From positions 251,770 through 315,769 of the forward strand of contig JBFWVE010000006.1 in assembly GCA_050246895.1 (NCBI GenBank): a stretch of 64,000 nucleotides of DNA. Direction: 5' to 3'. Below the pieces are notes generated by a model that saw only the letters and a program-made list of their open reading frames with translations, was not told the DNA's origin and did not search any database. This DNA is from Vicinamibacteria bacterium. GTDB taxonomy: Bacteria; Acidobacteriota; Vicinamibacteria; Fen-336. The position numbers and the translations under genes were made by a program. This document shows positions 16,663 through 26,082 of the stretch, in pieces (position 1 is the stretch's first letter; each line of letters opens with the position of its first letter).

Positions 16663-18468
16663 CTAGCCGAAGGCCTTCCGGGCTTCGTCGATGGCGCGCT
16701 CGAGCGAGCGGTAGATGGCCAGGCGCCCGTGGCGGTCGCGCCAGCCGGCGCGGGCCATCGCGCGCAGCGGCTGCGGCTGCACGCCGGCGCAGATCACGAA
16801 GACCTGCGCCTTCCAGAGCCGCTCGAAGGCCGACTCCAGGCCGACGAGGCCGGTGGCGTCGATCGCGGGAACCGAGCGCAGGTCGAGGATCACCACGCGC
16901 ACCTCGTGGTCGACCCTCTTGAGGGCGCTCATCGCCTGCTGCGCCGCCCCGAAGAAGAGCGGGCCGGCGACCTCGTAGACCAGGACGCCCTTCGGCAGCG
17001 GCGTCTCGAGCTGCAGCGGGTGGTGATCGACGAGGCGCACCTGCGAGACGTCGGCCATCCGCTTCATGAACAGCAGCGAGGCGAGCAGCACGCCGGCGCT
17101 GACGGCCACCACCATGTCGAACAGCACCGTGAGCCCGAAACAGAGCAGGAGCACCACCACGTCCGAGCGCGGCGCCACCCGCAGCATGTGGGCGAAGTGC
17201 TCCTTCTCGCTCATGTTCCAGGCCACCAGCAGCAGCAGCGCGGCGAGCGAGGCCATCGGCAGGTAGCCGAGCAGCGGCGCCAGCAGCAGCACGGCCAGCA
17301 GCACGAAGGCCGCGTGCACGATCGCGGCGATCGGCGAGCGGGCCCCCGCGCGCACGTTGGTCGCGGTCCGCGCGATGGCGCCGGTGGCGGCGATGCCGCC
17401 GAAGAAGGGCGCGATCAGGTTGCCAGTGCCCTGGGCCATCAGCTCGGCGTCGGGGTCGTGGGTATGGCCGGTCATGCCGTCCGAGACCACGGCGGAGAGC
17501 AGGGACTCGATGGCGCCGAGGATCGCGATCGTGAAGGCGGAGGGCAGCAGCTGGCGCAGCAGGTCGAGCGAGAGCACGAGCGGGCGGCCGTCGGGGCCCG
17601 GCAGGCGCCAGGGCAGCACCGGCAGCGGCGGCGTCTGCGGGATGCCGCCGTGCGTCGCGCCGAGCAGCTCGTAGTGGAAGGTGCTGGCGATCGTCGCCAC
17701 CTCGAAGCCGCCGATCGCCCGCGAGAGCGCGAACGCCGCGACGGCTCCCGTGACGAGCGCCACCAGCTGCGCCGGCACGCGGTGGGTCACCCGCGGCCAC
17801 AGCAGCAGCACCGCCAGCGTCAGCCCGCCGATCGTCAGCTCGCCCAGGCGGGCCGAAGGCAGGGCGCGCGCGAGCGCCACCACGCGCTCCGGGAAGTGCT
17901 CGGGCATCTTCGAGACGGCGAGGCCGAGCAGGTCCTTCAGCTGCAGCGTCGCGATGACGACGGCGATCCCGGCGGTGAAGCCCGTGGTCACCGGATAGGG
18001 CACGAACTGGATCAGGCGGCCGAGCCGCAGCAGCCCGAGGCCGGCGAGGATCGCTCCGGCGAGCACGGTGGCCATCAGCAGGCCGCCGAGCCCGAAGCTC
18101 ACCTGGATCGGGGCCAGCACCACCACGAATGCCGCCGTCGGGCCCGAGACCTGCACGCGCGAGCCACCGAGCAGCGCGATCAGCGCGCCTCCGACGATCG
18201 CCGTGTAGAGGCCGTGCTGCGGCGGCGCGCCCGAGGCGATCGCCAGCGCCATCGAGAGCGGCAGCGCCACGACGCCCACCACCAGCCCCGCCAGCACGTC
18301 CGCCCGCAGATCGCCGAGGCCGTAGCCCTGGCCCAGCGCCTCGCGCAGCGCGGCCGCCGGAACCAGCGGTGGCGGCGGCGGCTGGTCGGGAACGGCCAGC
18401 CCGCGGGCGGTGACGTCTCCGGCAGGCAGGCCGCCGGGGACGTTCGCGAAGCGGGCCGACGGGCTCAC
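16663..18468 (-). CDS. SulP-family anion transporter with a C-terminal STAS domain
   Basis: The protein reads VSPSARFANVPGG...DLRADVLAGLVVGVVALPLSMALAIASG...SGPTAAFVVVLAPI..., with a STAS-like C-terminus (VLVYEVAGPLFFGAA...). The GTG start overlaps the XDH stop (GTGA). The giant overlapping ORFs 16591..19683(+) and 16663..19761(-) are artifacts. Confidence 0.85.
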   Translation of the reverse strand: MSPSARFANVPGGLPAGDVTARGLAVPDQPPPPPLVPAAALREALGQGYGLGDLRADVLAGLVVGVVALPLSMALAIASGAPPQHGLYTAIVGGALIALLGGSRVQVSGPTAAFVVVLAPIQVSFGLGGLLMATVLAGAILAGLGLLRLGRLIQFVPYPVTTGFTAGIAVVIATLQLKDLLGLAVSKMPEHFPERVVALARALPSARLGELTIGGLTLAVLLLWPRVTHRVPAQLVALVTGAVAAFALSRAIGGFEVATIASTFHYELLGATHGGIPQTPPLPVLPWRLPGPDGRPLVLSLDLLRQLLPSAFTIAILGAIESLLSAVVSDGMTGHTHDPDAELMAQGTGNLIAPFFGGIAATGAIARTATNVRAGARSPIAAIVHAAFVLLAVLLLAPLLGYLPMASLAALLLLVAWNMSEKEHFAHMLRVAPRSDVVVLLLCFGLTVLFDMVVAVSAGVLLASLLFMKRMADVSQVRLVDHHPLQLETPLPKGVLVYEVAGPLFFGAAQQAMSALKRVDHEVRVVILDLRSVPAIDATGLVGLESAFERLWKAQVFVICAGVQPQPLRAMARAGWRDRHGRLAIYRSLERAIDEARKAFG

Positions 18469-20573
18469 TGGCGCGCCTCGCGGATCGAGGCCAGGATGCG
18501 GTCGGGCGAGAGCGGCAGCTCGCGCACGCGGGCGCCGCTCGCGTGGGCCACGGCGTTGGCGAGCGCGGCCGCGGCGCCCGCCTCCACGATCGAGCCGAGG
18601 GCCTTTTCGCCGCGCGGAGCTGCGGGCGCCTGCGTCGGCACCAGCACCACCGACACCTGTGGCGCCTCGAGCGTGCTCAGCACGCCGCAGCAGGCGCCCA
18701 GCGCGCGCGCCGCGCCCCGGCACAGGGCGCCTTCGACCCGGCCCTCGACGAGGCGCGGGTTCAGGGCACGCCCGACGTCGACGGCGGCCAGCAGGCTGAT
18801 CGCCCGCGTCGCGCCCGTCTCGAGATCCAGCTCCACCTCCACGAAGACCGCGGCGCCGGCCGCGGGCGCCTCCGAGCTGGTCCTGGCCGCAACCGCCGCC
18901 AGGGGGGCGGCCCGCGTTCCCTCGCCCCGCGCATGGGCGATGCGCTCGAGCGTCAGCGTGCGGCCGTCGGAGGCGCTGACGAGCCCCTCGCGCAGTCGCA
19001 GCCGGCGTGGCGGCAGCGCGAGCAGCGCGCCCGCGCGCTCGAGCAGCTGGCGCTTCAGGCCCTGCGCCGCCTCCAGCACGGCGAGAGCGGCGGCGTCGTG
19101 CGTCGCCGGATCGCCGTATTCGGAGCCGGCCGGCGCCGCGTCGGTGTCCGCGAGCTGCACGCTGACGTGCTCCGCCCCGATGCCCAGCTCGCTCGCCACG
19201 ATGCTGGCGAAGCGCGTGTGCGCGCCGGCGGCGCCGTCGGGCACGCCGACCACGAGCTGCAGCGCTCCGTCCTCCACCAGCCGCAGGGCCGCGCCGGCCG
19301 AGCCCGTCACGGCCAGGCCCGGCACGGCCGTCGCGAGCGCCATGCCCAGGCCGCGCCGCAGCCGCGGAAGGCTGTCGGCCAGCCTCGGCGGGCCCGGGCG
19401 CGGCGCCGGCCGTTCGGGGCCGAGCTGCTCGCGCCGCGCGGCCCACCCGACGCGGGCCGAGCCGGCGGCGATCGCCAGCTCGAGGCCGCTCTCCGCGGCC
19501 GCGGGCCCGAGGTTCCGGCTGCGGAAATCGAGCGGATCCTCGCCGAGGCCGAGGGCGATCTCGTCCAGGTGGCTCTCGAGCGCGAAGCTGACGTCGGGCG
19601 AGGCGTGGGCGTCGAGCGCGGGCGCGGGAGGCGCGTGGCCGCGCCTGCGCCGCACCTCGCACCGCAGGTTCGCCAGGTCGTAGGCGGCGAAGGCGCCGAA
19701 CCCGGCCGTGACGGGGGCCTCCCCGCCCGGAGCGACGGCTCCGACCTCCTCCACGAGGCACGCCTCGAGCGCGACCAGCCGGCCCTCGCGGACGCCGCTG
19801 CGGATGTCGGCCGTGAGGCCGGGCAGCGTCAGCGCGAGACGGCCCGCCTCAGCCGCCGGCAGCTCGTAACGGACCGGCCGTCCCGTACGCAGCGCGAGCG
19901 CGGCGCAGACGTCCTCTGTCAGCAGCTCCGCGCGCCGCAGGAACCCCCCGCCGACGCGCGGGGCCACCACGCGGATGCCCCCGCTCGCCAGGCCGAGCGC
20001 CGCCGCCAGCGCGCGGCGCACGGCGAACGGCCGCTCGCTGGAGGTGCGCACGACCAGCCGCCCGTCCTCGTCGAGCCAGGCCGCCGAGACGCGGGGCTCG
20101 AGCGTGGCGTCGGCCAGGGCCGGGACGCTGTAGCGGCCCTCGAATCGGCGCTCGGCCGCCGCGAAGCCGGCCTGCAGGTCGCCCCGCTCCACGACGAGCA
20201 GCGCGGGCAACTCCAGCGCTGCGTCGCCCGCGGGCAACAGCTCGTAATCGACCTCCACCGCCTCGGCGGCGTGCCGCGCCAGCTCCGGGTCGCTGGCCGC
20301 CACGAGCGCCACGCGGTCGCCGCGGAAGAACAGCTCGGCCGAGAGCGGCGCGCCGTCCTCGTGGCTGAGCACGCAGGCGACGCCGGCCAGCGCGCGGGCG
20401 CGCGTCGCGTCGACGCGGCGCACGCGGGCGTGCGCGTGCGGGGAGCGCAGCACCGCGCCGTGCAGGGCGCCCGCCGGCAGCGCGTCGCCGGCGAAGACCG
20501 CGCGGCCGGTGGCGAGCTTGGCGGCGTCGACTCGCGCGATCGGCCGGACGGCGGGTTGGCTTCGAATGCTCAC
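18465..20573 (-). CDS. Xanthine dehydrogenase / aldehyde oxidase family molybdopterin-binding large subunit
   Basis: The N-terminus VSIRSQPAVRPIARVDAAKLATGRAVFAGD matches XDH large subunits, followed by ...VVAPRVGGGF.... The start is probably the GTG at Val15 (20573); the alternative ATG is at 20615. Confidence 0.85.
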   Translation of the reverse strand: MSIRSQPAVRPIARVDAAKLATGRAVFAGDALPAGALHGAVLRSPHAHARVRRVDATRARALAGVACVLSHEDGAPLSAELFFRGDRVALVAASDPELARHAAEAVEVDYELLPAGDAALELPALLVVERGDLQAGFAAAERRFEGRYSVPALADATLEPRVSAAWLDEDGRLVVRTSSERPFAVRRALAAALGLASGGIRVVAPRVGGGFLRRAELLTEDVCAALALRTGRPVRYELPAAEAGRLALTLPGLTADIRSGVREGRLVALEACLVEEVGAVAPGGEAPVTAGFGAFAAYDLANLRCEVRRRRGHAPPAPALDAHASPDVSFALESHLDEIALGLGEDPLDFRSRNLGPAAAESGLELAIAAGSARVGWAARREQLGPERPAPRPGPPRLADSLPRLRRGLGMALATAVPGLAVTGSAGAALRLVEDGALQLVVGVPDGAAGAHTRFASIVASELGIGAEHVSVQLADTDAAPAGSEYGDPATHDAAALAVLEAAQGLKRQLLERAGALLALPPRRLRLREGLVSASDGRTLTLERIAHARGEGTRAAPLAAVAARTSSEAPAAGAAVFVEVELDLETGATRAISLLAAVDVGRALNPRLVEGRVEGALCRGAARALGACCGVLSTLEAPQVSVVLVPTQAPAAPRGEKALGSIVEAGAAAALANAVAHASGARVRELPLSPDRILASIREARQ

Positions 20574-20665
20574 GGGAGAGCCCGGCGCTCCCGGGCCGGG
20601 GCCCGATTCTCCCACGCGCCGCGCCGCTGCGCGCGAGTCCGCGCGAGCGCTAGAATCCCGCCTCG

Positions 20666-21148
20666 ATGAACGCCCCGTCCATGCTCGCCCAGCTCGACGA
20701 CGCGGACGCGGACTGGCTCGCCGCCGCGGGCGAACGGCGGCCGATCCCGGTGGGCTCGCTGTTGATCGAGCAGGGCAAGCCGCTGGCCGCCGTCTTCATC
20801 GTGCTCGATGGCCGCTTCGACATCTACGGCGCGGCGAGCACGATCGGCATCGGGCCGGGGGAGATGCTGGGCGAAGTCTCCTTCGTGGACCAGAGCCCGC
20901 CCGCCGCCGACCTGGTGGCGAGCGAGGACTCGCTGGTGCTGGCCGTGCCGCGCGCCGCGCTGCAGGCCAGGCTTTCGACCGACGCCGCGTTCGCCTCGCG
21001 CTTCTACCGGGCGGTCGCGCTGCTGCTCTCGCACCGGCTGCGGCGCACGGCGGCCGAGGCCAGCGGCGACCCGCGGCTGATGCCGGCGCAGGCCGACGAT
21101 GACGCGCGGGCGCGGGCGCGCCGTCTGGTGGAGCGGCTGCGGGGCTAG
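20666..21148 (+). CDS. Stand-alone cyclic-nucleotide-binding (CAP effector) domain protein
   Basis: IEQGKPLAAVFIVLDGRFDIY...GPGEMLGEVSFVD...RAALQARL... shows the cNMP-binding beta-roll with a GE..GE phosphate-binding cassette. No DNA-binding HTH follows. Confidence 0.65.
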   Translation: MNAPSMLAQLDDADADWLAAAGERRPIPVGSLLIEQGKPLAAVFIVLDGRFDIYGAASTIGIGPGEMLGEVSFVDQSPPAADLVASEDSLVLAVPRAALQARLSTDAAFASRFYRAVALLLSHRLRRTAAEASGDPRLMPAQADDDARARARRLVERLRG

Positions 21149-21153
21149 GCGCG

Positions 21154-22557
21154 TCAGCGGCGGCCGCGGGCCGTCGCGATCGCCTCGAGCACGGCCGCCA
21201 CCGGCGCGACGCCGCCGCTGCACGGGCACGGGCAGCCGGCCAGGGCCTCGCGCACCTGGGCCTCGGTCGGCCGCGGCACCGCCGCCAGCAGCGCCTTCGT
21301 CACCAGCTCCTGTGCCGGCGTGCAGTAGCCGCACTGCACGGCGCCCGCCTCGACGAACGCACGCTGCACCGGGTGCAAGCCGTCCTGCCCCGCGAGGCCC
21401 TCGATCGTCTCGACCGAGCGGCCGTGGGCGCGCACCGCCGGCACCAGGCAGGCGGGCACCGGGCGGCCGTCGAGCAGCACGGCGCAGGCGCCGCACTCGC
21501 CGTCCTGACAGCCGCGCTTGGCGCCCGTCAGCCCGGCGTCGCGCAGCGCGTCGAGCAGGCTGGTGCGCGCCTCGACCTCGAGAGCGCGCGCGTGCCCATT
21601 GAGCTGCAGCTCGACGCGGCCCGAGGTGAAGTAAGGCAGCGGCGAGATCGGCGCGGCGCGCGGGGGCGCGCCCCACAGCCCCGGCTCGGGCGGCTCCGCC
21701 GGGATGCCGACGCGCCAGATCGCCTTGCGCAGCGCGCGGCGCAGCAGCGTGGGGACGACCGCGGCGCGATACGACGCCGGCGCCTGCGCGTCGTCGCGGA
21801 AGCTGGCGCGCCGGAGCACCTCCTCCACCACGCGCTCGATCGCCTCGTCCTCGCCCGCCGAGCCCTCCAGGCGTCGTTCGGCCTCGACGATGCGCAGGGC
21901 CCGGTCCTCGATGCCGCTGATCGCGACGCGGGCGCGCGCGCAGCGCTCGCCGGCGAAGACGACGCTGGCCGCCACCGACAGCAGCGAGGGCCCGCCGGGC
22001 ACGGCCGAGACGCGCTCGAGCGCCGCGCCCTGCACCGGCCCCGGGATCACCAGCCGGCGCACGATGCCGCCGCCCGCCAGGTCGTCCTGCGGCGCGCGCA
22101 CGAAGCGCAGCGCGGGCACCTCCAGGCTGCCGCGCCGCGCGTCCACCACGAACACGGCGTTCAGCGCCAGCAGCACCGCGCCGACGTCCGAGCCGGCGGC
22201 GCCGTCGATCACCTCGCCCGCCAGCGTCGCCAGGTTGCGCAGCAGGCGCGAGGGCGACTGGGCGCGGCAGGCCTCGGGCAGGACGCCGCAGGTGGTCTGC
22301 CAGAGCAGCGTCGAGTCGAGCACCTCCTGCAGCGTCGCCGACGCGCCGATCACCAGGTCGAACTCGCCGCCGTCGAGCTCGTGCATCTCGATGGCGCCGT
22401 CGTCGAGGGCCAGCAGGTCGAGCACGATCGGCAGCGGCTCGGCCGACGCCAGCACCCGCGTGCCGCCGCCGATCGGAACGGCGCCCTCGGCCGCCAGCGC
22501 GAGCGCCTCCTCGATGCGGCCTGGCCGGTGGTAGCTGCGGATGCCGTAGGCGCGCAT
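21154..22557 (-). CDS. Xanthine dehydrogenase family FAD-binding subunit fused to a [2Fe-2S] ferredoxin-like subunit
   Basis: The N-terminal CoxM-like FAD domain (MRAYGIRSYHRPGRIEEALAL...PIGGGTRVL) is followed by a C-terminal CoxS-like domain (GCQDGECGACAVLLDG...CGYCTPAQ). Confidence 0.8.
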   Translation of the reverse strand: MRAYGIRSYHRPGRIEEALALAAEGAVPIGGGTRVLASAEPLPIVLDLLALDDGAIEMHELDGGEFDLVIGASATLQEVLDSTLLWQTTCGVLPEACRAQSPSRLLRNLATLAGEVIDGAAGSDVGAVLLALNAVFVVDARRGSLEVPALRFVRAPQDDLAGGGIVRRLVIPGPVQGAALERVSAVPGGPSLLSVAASVVFAGERCARARVAISGIEDRALRIVEAERRLEGSAGEDEAIERVVEEVLRRASFRDDAQAPASYRAAVVPTLLRRALRKAIWRVGIPAEPPEPGLWGAPPRAAPISPLPYFTSGRVELQLNGHARALEVEARTSLLDALRDAGLTGAKRGCQDGECGACAVLLDGRPVPACLVPAVRAHGRSVETIEGLAGQDGLHPVQRAFVEAGAVQCGYCTPAQELVTKALLAAVPRPTEAQVREALAGCPCPCSGGVAPVAAVLEAIATARGRR

Positions 22558-22566
22558 GCGGGCGGC

Positions 22567-23970
22567 TCAGGTCCTCCCGAAGTAGTCCCGGCCGGTGCGG
22601 GCGGACGCCTCGCGCAGCAGCCGCTGGGAGACGGCCTCGGCTCGCGCGGCCAGCGCCTCGACGTCGACGCCCAGCAGCTCGCCGCTCGAGACCACGACAC
22701 GGCCGTTCACGATGACGGTGTCGACCGGCTCGGGCCACGGCGAGAACACGAGCGCCGCCAGGATGTCGCTGCCGCCCCCGGCGTACGACAGCCGGCGCGT
22801 CTCGACCAGCAGCAGGTCGGCCGCCTTGCCCGGCTCCAGGCTGCCGACGTCGTCGCGCCCGAGGCAGCGCGCGCCGCCGCGGGTGGCCATCCAGAAGACC
22901 TCCTCGGCCGAGATCCAGCGCGCGGGGTCGGGTTCCTGCCGGTGCAGCAGCAGCGCCTGGCGCAGCTCCGCCAGCATGTTCGAGGAGTCGTTGCTGGCCG
23001 AGCCGTCGACGCCGAGCCCGACGGCGGCGCCGGCCTCGAGCAGGGGGCGGATCGGCGCCTGGCCCGAGCCCAGCCGCTGGTTCGACGACGGGCAGTGGCC
23101 GACGGCGGTGCCCGTCTCGGCGAACAGGCGCACCTCCTCGGCGTTCAGGTGCACGCAGTGCGCGAGCCAGACGTCGGGGCCGAGCCAGTCGAGCCCGCGC
23201 AGGTACTCGACGGGCCGGCAGCCGTAGATGCGCTGGCAGTACTCGTCCTCGTCGCGCGTCTCGGCCAGGTGCGTGTGCAGGCGCACGCCGTGCTCGCGCG
23301 CCAAGTCGCGCGTCCGGCGCATCAGCTCGTCGGTCACCGAGAACGGCGAGCAGGGAGCGAGAGCGATGCGCGTCATCGCCCGCGGCCGCGCGTCGTGGTG
23401 CTCGCGGATCAGCCGCAGCGAGTCGGCCAGGATCGTCTCCTCGTCCTGGCACACCTCGTCGGGCGGCAGCCCGCCCTGGCTCTCGCCCCGGCTCATCGAG
23501 CCGCGCGTCGGCTGGAAGCGGATCCCCAGCTCGCGCGCCGCGGCGATCTGCACGTCGATGAAGCGCTCCTGCCCGCGCGGGAACAGGTAGGTGTGGTCGG
23601 TCGTGGTGGTGCAGCCCGTCAGCAGCAGCTCGCCGAGCCCGACGCGGGCCCCGGCGTCCACCGCGTCCTGGTCGAGGCCGCGCCAGACCTGGTACAGCTC
23701 GGTCAACCAGCGGAAGAGCGGCGCCTCCTGCACCCGCGGCACGTTGCGCGTCAGCGTCTGCACCAGGTGGTGGTGGGTGTTGACGAGGCCGGGCAGCACC
23801 ACCTTGCCGCGGGCGTCGAGCGTGCGGTCGGGCCGGGGCTCCGCCGGCGGCTCACCGCTGCCGACCGCCAGGATGCGGTCGTCCTCGATCAGGACGTAGC
23901 CGTCCTCGAATCGGGTGCGCCGGTCGTCCATCGTGGCGACCAGCCGCGCGTGTGAGATCAGCGTGCGCAC
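22567..23970 (-). CDS. Amidohydrolase-superfamily deaminase (guanine / 8-oxoguanine deaminase-like)
   Basis: GLVNTHHHLVQT...HTHLAET...GLGVDGSASND are metal-dependent hydrolase motifs. The context is purine catabolism. Confidence 0.75.
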   Translation of the reverse strand: MRTLISHARLVATMDDRRTRFEDGYVLIEDDRILAVGSGEPPAEPRPDRTLDARGKVVLPGLVNTHHHLVQTLTRNVPRVQEAPLFRWLTELYQVWRGLDQDAVDAGARVGLGELLLTGCTTTTDHTYLFPRGQERFIDVQIAAARELGIRFQPTRGSMSRGESQGGLPPDEVCQDEETILADSLRLIREHHDARPRAMTRIALAPCSPFSVTDELMRRTRDLAREHGVRLHTHLAETRDEDEYCQRIYGCRPVEYLRGLDWLGPDVWLAHCVHLNAEEVRLFAETGTAVGHCPSSNQRLGSGQAPIRPLLEAGAAVGLGVDGSASNDSSNMLAELRQALLLHRQEPDPARWISAEEVFWMATRGGARCLGRDDVGSLEPGKAADLLLVETRRLSYAGGGSDILAALVFSPWPEPVDTVIVNGRVVVSSGELLGVDVEALAARAEAVSQRLLREASARTGRDYFGRT

Positions 23971-24078
23971 GCGCGGATTGTAGTGGCTTTGGCCGCCCTT
24001 CCCGTGCGGCGGGCCTCCGCGGGAGCACGCCGCACGTAGAATCCGGCGCGAACCGCGTCGAACGAAAGGACGTCTCGG

Positions 24079-26082
24079 ATGAAGCCCAGCACTGCAGCGT
24101 CGTGTCTGTCAGCTCTCGCCGCCCTGGCCGCGGAGGCTGGCGCCGAACGCCGCGTGCCGTTCTGGCCGGACGCCGTGCCCGCCGCCATCCAGGCCGAGGT
24201 CGACGGCCGCGCGGCGCTCGAGACGGTGCGCGCGCTCGGGCGCTTCCACCGCGTGCACGGCTCGCCCGGCTTCAGCGCGGCGGCCGAGCACGTGCGGGCG
24301 AGCGCCGAGGCCGCGGGCCTGCGCGAGGCGCGCGTCCTGCGCTTCCCCGCCGACGGCGAGACGCGCTACGCCCACTTCCGCAGCTACCTCGGGTGGACCG
24401 CGACGAGCGCCGTCCTCGAGGAGCCGGGCTCGCCCGCGCGCGTGCTGGCTCGCTTCCCGGAGTCGCCGGTGGCGCTCGCCGACTACTCGCAGGACGCCGA
24501 CGTGATGGCCGAGCTGGTGGACGTCGGCCGCGGCGTTTCCGCCTCCGACTACGAGGGCAAGGACGTGCGGGGCCGGCTGGTGCTGGCGAGCGGGCCGCTG
24601 CCCGCGGCGCACCAGGCCGCGTGCATCGAGCGGGGCGCGCTCGGCCTCCTTTCGGACTTTCCCAACCAGACGACCGCCTGGTCCGGCGACGACCGCGACC
24701 TGGTGCGCTGGGGCCATCTGTCCCCCTACGAGACCCGCAACCGCTTCGCCTTCATGCTGTCGAAGCGCCAGGCCGACGCCCTGCGCGCGCGGCTCGCGCG
24801 GGGCGAGACGCTGATGCTGCGCGCCCGGGTCGCCGCGCGCATGCGCCCGGCGAGCTTCGAGGTGGTGAGCGCCCTGATCCCCGGCAGCGACGCGAAGGCC
24901 GGCGAGATCGTGCTCACCGCGCACCTCTGTCACCAGTCCGCCGGCGCCAACGACAACGCCTCGGGCAGCGCCGCCATCCTCGAGGTCGCGCGCGCGCTGC
25001 AGGCGGCGATCGAGCGCGGCGCGCTGCCGGCTCCCCGCCGCGGCATCCGCTTCCTCTGGCTGCCCGAGATCGCCGGCGCCCAGGCCTGGCTGGTGCGCCA
25101 TCCCGAGCTGGCGTCGCGCCTGGTGGCCGGCATCCACATGGACATGGTCGGCGGCCTGCTGTCGACCACGCGCGGCACCTTCCATCTGTCGCGCTCCGCC
25201 GAGTCGCTGCCCCACGTGGTGAACGACGTGGCGGGCGCGTTCTTCGAGGAGGTCGTCGCGGCCTCCGCGGCGCACGCCGAGCACGGCGGCGACCCCGGCG
25301 CCGGCTTCGTCTGGCCGCCGGGCTCGCGCGAGGTCTTCCTCGGCGACCTGCGCGCGCTCGAGCTGGGCAGCGACCACCAGGTCTTCCAGGCCGCCCCCTT
25401 CGGCGTGCCGATGGTCTACTTCCACGACTGGCCGGACGTCAGCATCCACACCAACAAGGACCTGCCGGAGAACCTGGATGCGACCAAGCTCGGGCGCGTC
25501 GCGTACATGGGCGCGGGCATCGCCTGGACGCTCGCCGCCCTGCCCGACGCCGAGGCGCCGAGGCTGCTGGCGCTCGCGCGGGCCGGCGCCGAGCAGCGGC
25601 TCGTCCGCGCGCGCCTGCGCGGCGAGCTCTCGGCCGACGCGCGAGACGGCGCGCTCTTCGTGCGCGAGGCCGCGCTGACCGGCGCCGCGGCGCTGCGCTC
25701 CACGGGCGCTTTGTGGCCGTCCGTGGCGGCCGCGGCGGAGGACCAGGCGCGGCGCCTCGAGCACCAGGCCGGCACGCCCGCGGCGCCCGCGCAGGAGGAT
25801 CGGCGCGTGCCGGCGCGCAGCCCCGAGATCAAGGGCCCACTTTCGGTCTACTACTACGACCACTTGGCCGCGACGCTGCCCACGGGCTCGGGCGCCGACA
25901 CGGCGCCCGAGGGCGAGCAGGACGAGCGGCTCGCATACGAGCTGCTGAACCTGGTCGACGGCCGCCGCAGCGTCGGCGAGATCCGCGACGTGCTGTCGGG
26001 GCGCTACGCGCCGGTGACGCTCGCCGCGGTCCAGCGCGAGCTCGAGCGGCTGGCGCGCGCGCGCGTGGTGAGCTTCCGGTGA
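24079..26082 (+). CDS. M28-family peptidase with PA domain, paralog 2
   Basis: HLCHQSAGANDNASGSAAILEVARAL and HMDMVGG match the M28 zinc-ligand motifs. It has the same architecture as 10114..12216. A GAAAGGA RBS precedes the start. Confidence 0.8.
   Translation: MKPSTAASCLSALAALAAEAGAERRVPFWPDAVPAAIQAEVDGRAALETVRALGRFHRVHGSPGFSAAAEHVRASAEAAGLREARVLRFPADGETRYAHFRSYLGWTATSAVLEEPGSPARVLARFPESPVALADYSQDADVMAELVDVGRGVSASDYEGKDVRGRLVLASGPLPAAHQAACIERGALGLLSDFPNQTTAWSGDDRDLVRWGHLSPYETRNRFAFMLSKRQADALRARLARGETLMLRARVAARMRPASFEVVSALIPGSDAKAGEIVLTAHLCHQSAGANDNASGSAAILEVARALQAAIERGALPAPRRGIRFLWLPEIAGAQAWLVRHPELASRLVAGIHMDMVGGLLSTTRGTFHLSRSAESLPHVVNDVAGAFFEEVVAASAAHAEHGGDPGAGFVWPPGSREVFLGDLRALELGSDHQVFQAAPFGVPMVYFHDWPDVSIHTNKDLPENLDATKLGRVAYMGAGIAWTLAALPDAEAPRLLALARAGAEQRLVRARLRGELSADARDGALFVREAALTGAAALRSTGALWPSVAAAAEDQARRLEHQAGTPAAPAQEDRRVPARSPEIKGPLSVYYYDHLAATLPTGSGADTAPEGEQDERLAYELLNLVDGRRSVGEIRDVLSGRYAPVTLAAVQRELERLARARVVSFR

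Noticed and set aside
16591-19683. Giant ORFs (1030 aa on plus overlapping 1032 aa on minus; also 8765..10201+, 10306..12198+, 13564..15099+, 20570..23452-, 21373..23955+, 24109..25863-, 26004..28028-, 32907..34424-, 35629..37365+, 36623..38137-, 38156..39919-, 40178..41629-, 41837..43993-, 55305..57548+)
   Set aside because: They are Arg/Ala/Gly/Pro-rich low-complexity translations typical of off-frame or antisense reading in ~70% GC DNA. Each overlaps a gene with clear family motifs on the other strand or frame.
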